In this document: piece after piece, positions 1 to 9,131 of the stretch
How the letters are laid out: every line of letters starts with the position of its first letter
Numbering within the stretch: the stretch's first letter is position 1
IMG/VR virus record: IMGVR_UViG_3300032320_001919
Source: an uncultured virus (IMG/VR IMGVR_UViG_3300032320_001919)
Lineage: Duplodnaviria; Heunggongvirae; Uroviricota; Caudoviricetes
Reading direction: 5' to 3' (one strand)
DNA length: 64,000 nt
The notes under the pieces: generated by a model
The model's input: only the letters and a program-made list of their open reading frames with translations
Database searches by the model: none
What the model was told of the DNA's origin: nothing
Translations under genes and position numbers: made by a program

Positions 1-2
1 GT

Positions 3-1169
3 ATCATTCAGGATATCCAACCTGATGAGACCAAGCTGGATTGGTTGGTTGATCAAACTGAAAAGTTTTGTCAAGAAAAAGCAATCTATAATGCTTTGAT
101 GCATTCAATTCAAATCATTGACGACAAAACAGGAAAGCTCTCGAAAGGTTCTATACCTCAAATTTTGTCTGATGCTTTGGGTGTGTCGTTCGATGCGCAT
201 ATTGGTCATGACTTCATCCTTGATGCCGATGCTCGTTTCGAGTTTTATCATACAAAAGAATCGCGCACTCCATTCGATCTTGAATACTTCAACAAGATCA
301 CGCAAGGTGGGTTGCCAAGAAAAACTTTGAATATCATCCTTGCAGGTACTGGTGTTGGTAAGTCGTTGGCCATGTGTCACTTCGCAGCCGCAAATATGGT
401 TGCTGGTTTGAACGTTCTTTATATCACGATGGAAATGGCTGAAGAGCGTATTGCCGAGCGTATCGACGCAAACCTTCTAGACGTTACACTTGACGACCTG
501 AAGGTATTACCGAAAGATGCTTATGACAAGAAAATGGAGAGGTTGAAGCAGAAGGTCAAGGGTAAGTTGGTTATCAAGGAATATCCCACTGCTTGTGCTG
601 GTTCTGCTAACTTCCGCCATCTCATCAACGAATTGAAGATCAAGAAAAACTTTATACCTGATGTAATCTACATCGACTATCTTAACATCTGTATGTCATC
701 GAGGATTCGTAATGGAGCCAACGTCAATTCTTATACCCTTGTCAAAGCAATCGCAGAAGAGTTACGAGGGTTGGCAGTGGAACACAATGTTCCTGTCATC
801 TCTGCGACTCAAACAACTCGAAGCGGATATTCGAACAGCGACGTGGGATTGGAAGATACATCGGAGTCCTTTGGACTCCCAGCCACAGCTGATTTTATGT
901 TTGCACTCACCACATCCGAGGAGTTGGAAGAACTCGGTCAAATTATGGTTAAGCAGCTTAAGAATCGATACAATGATCCCAGCACTAATCGTCGGTTTGT
1001 TCTTGGGGTTGATCGTAGCAAAATGCGTCTCTATGATGTAGAGCAGTCGGCGCAGGAGGATATTATGGACGGACCTGTGATGGACAATACTGAATTTGGT
1101 CAGCAGGATTATGAGCGTAATCGAAAGAAACCTAAGTTTGATAAAGCGAAGTTTGAGGGATTTAAGTGA
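3..1169 (+). CDS. gp41: T4 gp41-like replicative DNA helicase (5'-truncated by window edge)
   Basis: Walker A AGTGVGKS, IYIDYLN, SATQTTR, QLKNRY motifs; frame is open from position 3. Confidence 0.95.
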   Translation: MIQDIQPDETKLDWLVDQTEKFCQEKAIYNALMHSIQIIDDKTGKLSKGSIPQILSDALGVSFDAHIGHDFILDADARFEFYHTKESRTPFDLEYFNKITQGGLPRKTLNIILAGTGVGKSLAMCHFAAANMVAGLNVLYITMEMAEERIAERIDANLLDVTLDDLKVLPKDAYDKKMERLKQKVKGKLVIKEYPTACAGSANFRHLINELKIKKNFIPDVIYIDYLNICMSSRIRNGANVNSYTLVKAIAEELRGLAVEHNVPVISATQTTRSGYSNSDVGLEDTSESFGLPATADFMFALTTSEELEELGQIMVKQLKNRYNDPSTNRRFVLGVDRSKMRLYDVEQSAQEDIMDGPVMDNTEFGQQDYERNRKKPKFDKAKFEGFK

Positions 1170-1567
1170 TGGCTAGATCGCAGTTTCATTTCCATAGTCA
1201 CAGTTCTACATCTCACTCCTATGTTACTGAAAAACGAGCGCCGACTGACGAAAGTGTTCGCCTTCTTAAGGAAATGGAGTCAGAAGCCAAGCAGAAAATC
1301 GTTAACTCGATCACTGTAAACAACACTGAGTTTGAGTGTAACATTCAGTCTGAGATCGACGGTTTGAACGACAAGACGACTTATTGCGTCACATATCGTA
1401 TGAACGGTAAGAAGAGCCGACTGTACGTTGATATTCCTAACTGGAAAAGACCAACGGATATTGAGGTAATGATCAAGGTTCGCGATGAGTTGGCTAAGGA
1501 CATCGCCAGCACCATGATTGATAGCGCACTTCGTAATGCTGAAACCAGAGGAATTTTTAGTAAATGA
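1166..1567 (+). CDS. hypothetical protein
   Basis: 133 aa ORF coupled to the helicase stop (GTGA overlap). Confidence 0.7.
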   Translation: MMARSQFHFHSHSSTSHSYVTEKRAPTDESVRLLKEMESEAKQKIVNSITVNNTEFECNIQSEIDGLNDKTTYCVTYRMNGKKSRLYVDIPNWKRPTDIEVMIKVRDELAKDIASTMIDSALRNAETRGIFSK

Positions 1568-1713
1568 AAGAATATACAGTAAGATATAATATTGGCGCAT
1601 ATATCTATGAGTCAACTGTTAGAACTTCTAGTTCTCAAGCAGCAATTCTTTGGGCTGAATCGATTGGTGGATATAATGTTTCTGTAGTGGAGGATCCAAT
1701 TGAGAAAGTTTAA
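1564..1713 (+). CDS. small hypothetical protein (49 aa, MKEYTVRYNIG...)
   Basis: read by hand; ATGA overlap with the previous stop and fills the gap. Confidence 0.5.
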   Translation: MKEYTVRYNIGAYIYESTVRTSSSQAAILWAESIGGYNVSVVEDPIEKV

Positions 1714-1906
1714 GTACGTTGAACCTGACGAAAACGACCAAGTTAAGGAAGTTATCCTTACGGAAGAGGACATTATGGCTGAATATTGGGAGTTTTGGAG
1801 TCGGAAAATGGCTGAAAAGTTCGGTGAAGACCACGAACTGATTACACAACAAAATTGTCTTGAAGATTGGCTAGTTTCTCATTGGGCATTTGAGGTGAAG
1901 GAATAA
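1700..1906 (+). CDS. hypothetical protein
   Basis: TTG start with GGAGG SD upstream. Confidence 0.65.
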   Translation: MRKFKYVEPDENDQVKEVILTEEDIMAEYWEFWSRKMAEKFGEDHELITQQNCLEDWLVSHWAFEVKE

Positions 1907-1909
1907 ATT

Positions 1910-2131
1910 ATGAGTTATCGAGTTCAAGAAGATCTTCTACTACATAATAACCCTGTAAAGAATTGTACTGTGTACGATGTTTACGAGCATCGCTCGGAAA
2001 CTAAGGAAAAGATTTGGATTAAGCGTTTTACGGATAAGGCAGAGGCTAAGTCTTTTTCTCGCCACCTTAATTTAGGTGGTGGTTTTGATGGTTGGACGCC
2101 GGATTTTTTCCGTGTTCAAGTTGTCATTTGA
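1910..2131 (+). CDS. hypothetical protein (LNLGGGFDGWTP motif)
   Basis: AAGGA SD, ATG; C-terminal motif resembles small T4-like phage proteins. Confidence 0.7.
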   Translation: MSYRVQEDLLLHNNPVKNCTVYDVYEHRSETKEKIWIKRFTDKAEAKSFSRHLNLGGGFDGWTPDFFRVQVVI

Positions 2132-2148
2132 CTAAATATACTCATGAT

Positions 2149-2255
2149 TAAAACATGTAGTACGACGAAAGAGCGTACAAGAGGCAAGAGGCTTATATGA
2201 GGGTCACATGGAATAGTTGAGAGTATCGGTGGGGTTCCGCTCGACACATGTTTTA
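2149..2255 (+). ncRNA. candidate structured non-coding RNA
   Basis: 10-bp closing stem TAAAACATGT/ACATGTTTTA, internal stems GTACG/CGTAC and GTTGAG/CTCGAC; CTAAATA upstream and a terminator downstream. Confidence 0.5.
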
Positions 2256-2265
2256 TCTATTTAAC

Positions 2266-2293
2266 GGCGAGTCTGTAAAGGCTCGCCTTTTTT
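2266..2293 (+). terminator. rho-independent terminator
   Basis: GGCGAGTC/GGCTCGCC stem followed by a T-run. Confidence 0.8.
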
Positions 2294-2329
2294 ATTTTAA
2301 TAAATATCTAAAAGCATATTTAGGGTCAG

Positions 2330-3013
2330 ATGATGTTAAAATTTCAGCATTTTTTATCGATAAATGAAGCTGTTTCTAAACCTTCAGTTAAAAACAGAAA
2401 AGCAAAGCATTATTTTGATATTGATGAAACTCTTTTTGCCCATGATCATAATATGCTAAGGGTACATGTTAAAGACTCTTCTGGTCGTAGAGTTCGAACT
2501 TTAACAAACCAAGAATTTAACTCACATCAACTCTCCCCTGATCACAGCTACGATTTTAGCGAGTTTAGAAGCTCTGATCTATTCGATCAGTCGGCTACTC
2601 CTATCCGTGGTATGGTTGCTAAACTAAAAGCAATGAAAAAGAATGGCGCCAACGTCGAGATGTTAACTGCTCGCGGCGACTTAGATGACAAAGAAAAGTT
2701 TGCTCAGATAATGGGTAAATATGGTATCGACATCACTCCAGGTTCTGGTGTTCACGTACGCAGAGCTGGGAATACACAAGGAAAGCCAGCTGATACAAAG
2801 GCTGCTCATATAGCTGGAGCCATCGAAAAAGAAGGGCTAAAAGAAGTTCACTTGTACGATGACTCTATAGACAATATTAATGGTATGCTGAAGTTACAAA
2901 AGAAGTTTCCAGATGTTGCATTTCACGGTCACCATGTTCAACATGATCCTGAAACTGGTAATGTTAAAGTAACTAGATATTCAGCTACTCCTAAAGAGAA
3001 AGGTTCTAAATGA
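2330..3013 (+). CDS. HAD-superfamily phosphatase (PNK-phosphatase-like) with capsid-targeting-like N-terminus
   Basis: DIDET motif I, LTAR motif II, Lys motif III, YDD motif IV. Confidence 0.75.
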   Translation: MMLKFQHFLSINEAVSKPSVKNRKAKHYFDIDETLFAHDHNMLRVHVKDSSGRRVRTLTNQEFNSHQLSPDHSYDFSEFRSSDLFDQSATPIRGMVAKLKAMKKNGANVEMLTARGDLDDKEKFAQIMGKYGIDITPGSGVHVRRAGNTQGKPADTKAAHIAGAIEKEGLKEVHLYDDSIDNINGMLKLQKKFPDVAFHGHHVQHDPETGNVKVTRYSATPKEKGSK

Positions 3014-4479
3014 TGTTAAATTTTTCTGATTTTTTGCTTGAAGAAAAATTAAATAAAAATCAATATGGAAAACTTCATGAAGTTTTAGTTGGTGGATTAG
3101 TTAATCATTATGCTAAAGTTTACCAAAAAAATATTAGTAAGGGTCATGATACTGCGCACAATATGGCTATGCAAGCTATAAACAAACCGCAAAAAATGAA
3201 AAACAGTCATATGTATTCACTAACGCATATGCCTCAATTTAAAGACAGTGATAATAAAACTGCTGAAGATCTTCACAATGAACTAGGAAACGCTGCTGAT
3301 AAAGATAATTATGAAGATATTTTTCAGCATGCTTTACATGGAGCTTCTCATTTAATAGACCATTTGCACAAAAATGGCATTAAAGACATAAAAGGCGTAC
3401 ATTTTACAGCAAATAAAAATGATATCAAAAATTTAACTGGCGTAGAAGACGAAACGAATAATTCAGATATTGTAGTTGAGCATGGTCACAAAAATCTCGG
3501 AAATGGATATTTTGGAGTAAGCTTAAAATCTGGATCAGAATCTAAACTATTTAATTCTGGTCTTGGTAAATTTTCAAAACAAATTGATGATGAATATAAA
3601 AATATAACAGGCAAATCTGGTTCGTTTGAAGCAGATTCTGAAAAAGCAGAAAATGCTGCTAAATTAGCACACGGTAAAATATTAAAAAAATATGAACCGT
3701 TTTTAAAAAGGCATTTTGGCGAAAATGGTATCTCTTCTCCAAACAAACTTTCTTACGATAAAAATGGTAATATAAGTCTACTTAAAGACTCAGATAAAAC
3801 AAAAGATGCTTTCAGATATCTTGAAAAAGCTTCAGAAGAAAAAAACAAATCAATGTATGCTAATGATAAAGACAGAGAAACTTTTGCGAACATATACAAA
3901 GAATTAAGAGACAGCAGAACTGAAATAGCTAAAAGAGCTACAAATGCTTCTTTAGGTCGTCACATGGCTAACATCATGAACGTCCAAACTCCGGAAAATA
4001 AAGAAAAAATAAGATCTTTTCTAAAGAAAACATTAAATATAGGAAGAGATCAAAGTAAAATGCCAGTTGTAAGGTTAAATACTTGGAAAAGTACTTCTGG
4101 TGAAATTAAAAAAGGCGCGCCAGAAAGAGTTTCTGAAATATCAGATGCAGAAAACGATTTTGATTCACATTTTGAATCATCTTACGGTCAATACAAAATT
4201 ACTTCTAATCCTGGTTCTATATCAACTTCATTAAGTGGTCCTTCAGGGCATGGAGTAAGTTATGTTGTTGATTCTTCACCAGCTGGTGGAAACACTGCAG
4301 TTAATCGTAGAGGCGTTCATATGTGGGACAAATCTACCTCTAGGCCACCAGTTAACCCCGTAATTAAGTCTAATCCAAAAGTAGAAAACAAACCACAAAC
4401 AGAACCTAAAAAAATAAGCAATGAGATGTTTGGTAGACAGGTTCATGCCGACCACGAAATTTATCAAGGACATGCGTAA
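3010..4479 (+). CDS. putative PD-(D/E)XK-like nuclease, probable internal head protein
   Basis: SDIVV...GVSLK motif; N-terminus MLNFSDFLLEE. Confidence 0.45.
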   Translation: MMLNFSDFLLEEKLNKNQYGKLHEVLVGGLVNHYAKVYQKNISKGHDTAHNMAMQAINKPQKMKNSHMYSLTHMPQFKDSDNKTAEDLHNELGNAADKDNYEDIFQHALHGASHLIDHLHKNGIKDIKGVHFTANKNDIKNLTGVEDETNNSDIVVEHGHKNLGNGYFGVSLKSGSESKLFNSGLGKFSKQIDDEYKNITGKSGSFEADSEKAENAAKLAHGKILKKYEPFLKRHFGENGISSPNKLSYDKNGNISLLKDSDKTKDAFRYLEKASEEKNKSMYANDKDRETFANIYKELRDSRTEIAKRATNASLGRHMANIMNVQTPENKEKIRSFLKKTLNIGRDQSKMPVVRLNTWKSTSGEIKKGAPERVSEISDAENDFDSHFESSYGQYKITSNPGSISTSLSGPSGHGVSYVVDSSPAGGNTAVNRRGVHMWDKSTSRPPVNPVIKSNPKVENKPQTEPKKISNEMFGRQVHADHEIYQGHA

Positions 4480-6554
4480 TGATTAACTTTTCAAATTTTC
4501 TCCTAGAAGATATAGAAGAACAAGGGAAAAAACTAAAGCATCTTACTCACCTTGAAGACATGGTTATTCATGGCGGGCACGAGGGTGTAGGTATTGCTGC
4601 TCAACATTTAGAAGATGTGCATAACAAGTTGCTTGGCAGAAATAATTCTACCATGGTAACCACAAAATATGATGGTTCGCCATCAATTGTATTTGGAACA
4701 CATCCGGAAACTGGTAAGTTTTTCGTTGCTTCTAAGTCTGCTTTCAATAAAGATCCTAAAATAAACTACACTCCTGAAGATGTTGAACGTAATCACGGTC
4801 ATGCTCCTGGATTAGTAGAGAAGTTGAAGGGCGCATTAGAACATTTACCTAAAATTATGCCAAGAAATGGTGGTGTTTATCAAGGCGACTTGATGTATAC
4901 CAAGGGTGATGTGACAGAAAAAAATGGCATGCGTAGTGTAACACCAAACACCATTACATACTCAGCACCAAATGACAGTGAAAATGGTTCTCAAATGAAA
5001 AATGCTGAGCTTGGTGTTGTTGTACATACCAAGTATTCTGGTGGCAAAAAGTTAGAGTCTATGGGTGCTTCTGCATTAGATGAAAAGTCTAGAAATGCTT
5101 TTAGAAATCATCCGGACGTTCATAATATTGACCCAACAATTGACGTCAATCCACAAAACTATACTCCAGAAGAGCAGCAAGCTTTCTTGAATCATTCTGC
5201 TAATGTAAGAAAAGCATATTCAGGTATGAAGCCTGAAGCTATGGATGCCATTGAAGGGCATGGTGCTGGACTAGAAATGCATGTCAACAAAATGGTACGT
5301 GAGGAAGGCAAACCATCAATTGAAGGTTATCTTGCTGATTTAGCTGAAAAATCTAAGAAAGAAATTGATAAGGTTAAAACGCCTGCAGCAAAAGAAAAGA
5401 AAACTCAAGACCATGCTAAATTAGTAAAACAAATTACTGATAACTTACCACACTTTAAGAAAGCATTAGAAGTTCATGGTCACTTACAAGCTGCCAAGGA
5501 TGTATTGACTGGTGTAATGGCTAAAAATAATCCTTTCATGCACTCTATCGGTGGTGAAGCTACTGGTCCAGAAGGTAGTGTTTCTGTTGACAAGGAAGGT
5601 AATATGATTAAGTTTGTTGATCGCAAAAAATTCTCTAGACAAAACTTCCTTAGAGGAAAACAAGGTCAACTAGCCAAAGAAAGACAAGCCATGGCGGAAT
5701 CTTTAGATGAAGCCAAGGTTATTTCTTTTGTTCGAATGAATCCAATCCATCAAGGTCATGGGCTTGTTGTTAAAAAGGTAGCTGATGAAGCAAAGCGTAA
5801 CAATGCAGATCATGAGATAATACTTTCTCACAGCCATGATCCAAAGAAAAACCCATTAACTGCAGAGCAAAAATTAAAGCATGCTAGAAGTGCTTTTCCT
5901 GGGGTAAATTTTAGTACATCTTCACCAGCACAACCTAACTTACTTCACCATTTGAGCAGAGCATATAATGAAGGTCACAGAGAAGTAACTATTGTAGGTG
6001 GGTCTGATAGAGACGCAATGGGAGAAATGGCTAAGAAATATAATGGTGTAAAAGGACCACACGGTTTCTATAACATGAAACTTAACTTTGCTCAAGCTGG
6101 TGGCGCAAGAGATGAGGGCGAAGGTGTTGCTGGTTACTCAGCCTCTAAAATGAGAGATGCTGCTAAGAGCAAAAACGTAGGCGCATTTAAGTCTATGGCT
6201 CCATCTTCAATGAGCGATAGTAACAAAACTGCTATGTACAATGATGTTAGAAAAGGCATGAAGTTAAATGAAACAACAACAGCAGCTGTTGGCGGTTTAG
6301 GATTTAACAGCGGTAATCCAGCTGCAACAAATGATGAACTTGCCAGATATGCAGACACTAATGCCATGGCATCAGATCAAACAGGTCAATCTTTATCAAA
6401 AGAACTAAGTAATAGTCAGAACAAATTATCTAAAATTATTGGTTTCAAAGAGTACCAACCAAAAATGAGTAGAGAAAAAGCTCTTACTTATTGGGACTAT
6501 GACGAAAATGGTAATCCTTTATTAATAGACGCGCTTAAAAGAAGAGCAAAATAA
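4479..6554 (+). CDS. fusion of a ligase-like nucleotidyltransferase domain (DUF6267-like) and a HIGH-family cytidyltransferase-like domain
   Basis: HLTHLED, TKYDGSP, YQGDL, PEGSV, IKFV; then RMNPIHQGH, VGGSDR, SASKMR. Confidence 0.7.
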   Translation: MINFSNFLLEDIEEQGKKLKHLTHLEDMVIHGGHEGVGIAAQHLEDVHNKLLGRNNSTMVTTKYDGSPSIVFGTHPETGKFFVASKSAFNKDPKINYTPEDVERNHGHAPGLVEKLKGALEHLPKIMPRNGGVYQGDLMYTKGDVTEKNGMRSVTPNTITYSAPNDSENGSQMKNAELGVVVHTKYSGGKKLESMGASALDEKSRNAFRNHPDVHNIDPTIDVNPQNYTPEEQQAFLNHSANVRKAYSGMKPEAMDAIEGHGAGLEMHVNKMVREEGKPSIEGYLADLAEKSKKEIDKVKTPAAKEKKTQDHAKLVKQITDNLPHFKKALEVHGHLQAAKDVLTGVMAKNNPFMHSIGGEATGPEGSVSVDKEGNMIKFVDRKKFSRQNFLRGKQGQLAKERQAMAESLDEAKVISFVRMNPIHQGHGLVVKKVADEAKRNNADHEIILSHSHDPKKNPLTAEQKLKHARSAFPGVNFSTSSPAQPNLLHHLSRAYNEGHREVTIVGGSDRDAMGEMAKKYNGVKGPHGFYNMKLNFAQAGGARDEGEGVAGYSASKMRDAAKSKNVGAFKSMAPSSMSDSNKTAMYNDVRKGMKLNETTTAAVGGLGFNSGNPAATNDELARYADTNAMASDQTGQSLSKELSNSQNKLSKIIGFKEYQPKMSREKALTYWDYDENGNPLLIDALKRRAK

Positions 6555-6556
6555 AC

Positions 6557-7867
6557 ATGGCACAATTTCGTAAAGATACACATGAGTATTTAAAAGACGG
6601 CAAAACAATATTTGAAGTTGTTATGCTTGCGGATCAATATGGCGGTATCGTAGGTCCAGCCAATCCATCCGGCATGGCTACAGATGCATTTGGTCGTGCT
6701 AGAACGTCAACACCATTTACACTGTTTGATTCTTTCAATCGCTATCAAGATAATGGAAAATATTCAACAGCAAATTCTGCTGGAGGAACTTTTGCATTTA
6801 ATTCTAATACTTCAACTATCGATAGTACCTTAACTACTACATCTGGTGCATATGTCTATAAAGAAACAACTAGAGTTTTTGCGTATCAGCCAGGTAAGTC
6901 TTTACAAATCTTAACAACCTTTATTATGAATCCCGCAAAAGCTAATCTAAGACAGCGTGTTGGATATTTCGGTACTGATAATGGATTTTATCTTGAAAGA
7001 TATGATGCAAGTGGAATTCGTTTTGTTAAACGCTCTAAAGTTACTGGGGCTGTAGTCAATACACCTGCTGAAAAAGCAGATTGGAATATTGATAAGATGG
7101 ACGGTACAGGCCCATCGGGGCTAACACTAAATCTAGATTATCCACAAATTATGTTTGTTGATATTGAATGGCTTGGTGCGGGAACTGCTCGTCTAGGGTT
7201 TGTTGTTAATGGTGCTTTTATCCATTGTCACTCATTTCATCACTCAAATCTATCAGATGCGCCATCGGGTGCTTATATGCAAACAGCATGTCTCCCATTA
7301 AGGTTTGAGATAGAAAATACAGGAACTACAGCTAGTGGAAGCACCTTAAAATCCTTGTGTCAAACAGTTGTTTCTGAGGGTGGTTATGAACTTCGCGGTC
7401 GTATGAGAACTGCTGGTATGGATACGCCTACAAGCAATAACTATACACTCACATCTCTCAATACATATTATCCTGTATGTTCTATTAGATTAAAGTCTGA
7501 TAGATTAGATGCTATTGTTATTCCAAAGCATATCGCATTAGTTGGAACGACTGCTAGCGATTATAGATTTAAGATGGTAACTGGTGCGACTATTACAGGC
7601 GGAACATGGGTTTCTGCTGGTTCAGATTCTTCAGTTGAGTTCAACATTAATGCAACTTCTATGTCTGGAGGATCCGAACTTCAGTCTTCTTACCTAATTT
7701 CAACTGGATCGCAAAGTTTGACTGCAACGTTGGAAGATGGTTCTTTTAGGTTTCAGCTAGAGAGAAATAGTTTCACATCAACACCAACAAACTTTACAAT
7801 AGCAGTAGCATCAAAAGCTAATGGTGACAAAGTTCTTGCTGGTATTGACTGGGAAGAAGTAACTTAA
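6557..7867 (+). CDS. putative virion structural protein
   Basis: 436 aa, Thr/Ser/Gly-rich and beta-rich; DAFGR and YQPGKS motifs seen in T4-like virion proteins. Confidence 0.5.
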   Translation: MAQFRKDTHEYLKDGKTIFEVVMLADQYGGIVGPANPSGMATDAFGRARTSTPFTLFDSFNRYQDNGKYSTANSAGGTFAFNSNTSTIDSTLTTTSGAYVYKETTRVFAYQPGKSLQILTTFIMNPAKANLRQRVGYFGTDNGFYLERYDASGIRFVKRSKVTGAVVNTPAEKADWNIDKMDGTGPSGLTLNLDYPQIMFVDIEWLGAGTARLGFVVNGAFIHCHSFHHSNLSDAPSGAYMQTACLPLRFEIENTGTTASGSTLKSLCQTVVSEGGYELRGRMRTAGMDTPTSNNYTLTSLNTYYPVCSIRLKSDRLDAIVIPKHIALVGTTASDYRFKMVTGATITGGTWVSAGSDSSVEFNINATSMSGGSELQSSYLISTGSQSLTATLEDGSFRFQLERNSFTSTPTNFTIAVASKANGDKVLAGIDWEEVT

Positions 7868-7875
7868 TATAAATA
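7868..7875 (+). promoter_or_regulatory. T4-type late promoter
   Basis: TATAAATA consensus in an intergenic gap; gp55 is encoded in the window. Confidence 0.8.
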
Positions 7876-7885
7876 ACACTAAACC

Positions 7886-7946
7886 GCGATAAGGCTATCG
7901 GCAAACTCGCATAAACATAAACGGATAAGCCTAAAGGGAAACTCCG
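7886..7946 (+). promoter_or_regulatory. tandem covarying stem-loop motifs in a 5' leader
   Basis: gcga-TAAG-gc-tatcg-gc-AAAC-tcgc and cgga-TAAG-cc-taaag-gg-AAAC-tccg; the second abuts the ATG at 7947. Confidence 0.55.
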
Positions 7947-9131
7947 ATGGTAGAATTGAACGACAAGCAGAAACTAGCTTTGTACAAGAAGTCACAAAGC
8001 TCTGGATACTCGATTGCAGTCCTAGAACAAATCTACCTTCGCGGCTACAGCCTTTGGAACGAATCGTTCACAGGCAACCCTGAACAGTTTGGTTTTGACC
8101 GAGTTAACTCCTTCATAGCTGGTGGATACGCTACCGAATTAGACGCTGACCTTTTAGAGGGCAAGGGTCTATGGGCTAATATCCACGCCAAGCGTGCCAG
8201 AATCAAGGCTGGTTCTGGTGAAAAAATGAGAAAGCCCGGAGAGAAGGGTGCTCCAACTAGAGAGCAAATTAAATCAGCACAAAATGAAGAATATGAGCTA
8301 GACGAATCAGAGTCAGCCTTAGCAAAGAAGGCTGCTGCTTCAGGAGTTTCTTTAGGAACATTGAAGAAAGTATATTCTAGAGGCGTCGCTGCTTGGAGAA
8401 CTGGTCATCGTCCAGGAACTACACCACAGCAGTGGGGTATGGCTCGTGTAAATTCATACATTACAAAAGGTAAAGGCACATATCATGGTGCTGATAAAGA
8501 TTTAAGAGAAGCAAAGCTACCTGAAGTTCCAAAAGATAAAGAAACTGGTTTGCCAAAGAAGTACACGACTGGCCAAAAAGGAACAGACAAAGCACGTGCT
8601 GCACACTTTGCAAAAGGTAGAGAAAAGCATTGGGATGACCCTTCTGCTTACGGAAAAGCTCCAGGTGATGCAACCGCTAAGACAAGAGAGTCAAAACACA
8701 CAAAGAAATATCGTCAAATGTATGGTGAAGAATACACTGGCACTGAGAAAGTTTCCAAAAACAAAAATAACCCATCATCAAGATTTGATGGCACAACTTC
8801 ATTAACAAACGTCTATAAGGGCGATACTCCAGGTCAAGTGGAAGAATCAACCCTACAAACTATTAAAAAAGTTATTGCTGAAGCCACTTACAAAGGTAAA
8901 ACTGTTCCACTTAACAAGCCCATGGCAGGTGATGTTAAGAAGTCGAAAGTTTACGTCGATCCAGATGGTGATGGCAAAGCCCAAAAGGTAAACTTTGGTA
9001 GCAAGACAATGTCTATCAAGAAGCATATTAAGAGCAACAAAGACTCATATTGCGCTCGTTCAGGCGGTCAAGGTAATTTAACTAATACAACAAGCGCAAA
9101 CTATTGGTCTCGTAAAGCTTGGGATTGCTAA
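7947..9131 (+). CDS. modular basic protein, probable internal head protein with two copies of a SG-x-S..Y.RG..W..RVNS(F/Y)I domain
   Basis: internal repeat visible in the translation; modules separated by (L/I)-X-E sites. Confidence 0.6.
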   Translation: MVELNDKQKLALYKKSQSSGYSIAVLEQIYLRGYSLWNESFTGNPEQFGFDRVNSFIAGGYATELDADLLEGKGLWANIHAKRARIKAGSGEKMRKPGEKGAPTREQIKSAQNEEYELDESESALAKKAAASGVSLGTLKKVYSRGVAAWRTGHRPGTTPQQWGMARVNSYITKGKGTYHGADKDLREAKLPEVPKDKETGLPKKYTTGQKGTDKARAAHFAKGREKHWDDPSAYGKAPGDATAKTRESKHTKKYRQMYGEEYTGTEKVSKNKNNPSSRFDGTTSLTNVYKGDTPGQVEESTLQTIKKVIAEATYKGKTVPLNKPMAGDVKKSKVYVDPDGDGKAQKVNFGSKTMSIKKHIKSNKDSYCARSGGQGNLTNTTSANYWSRKAWDC

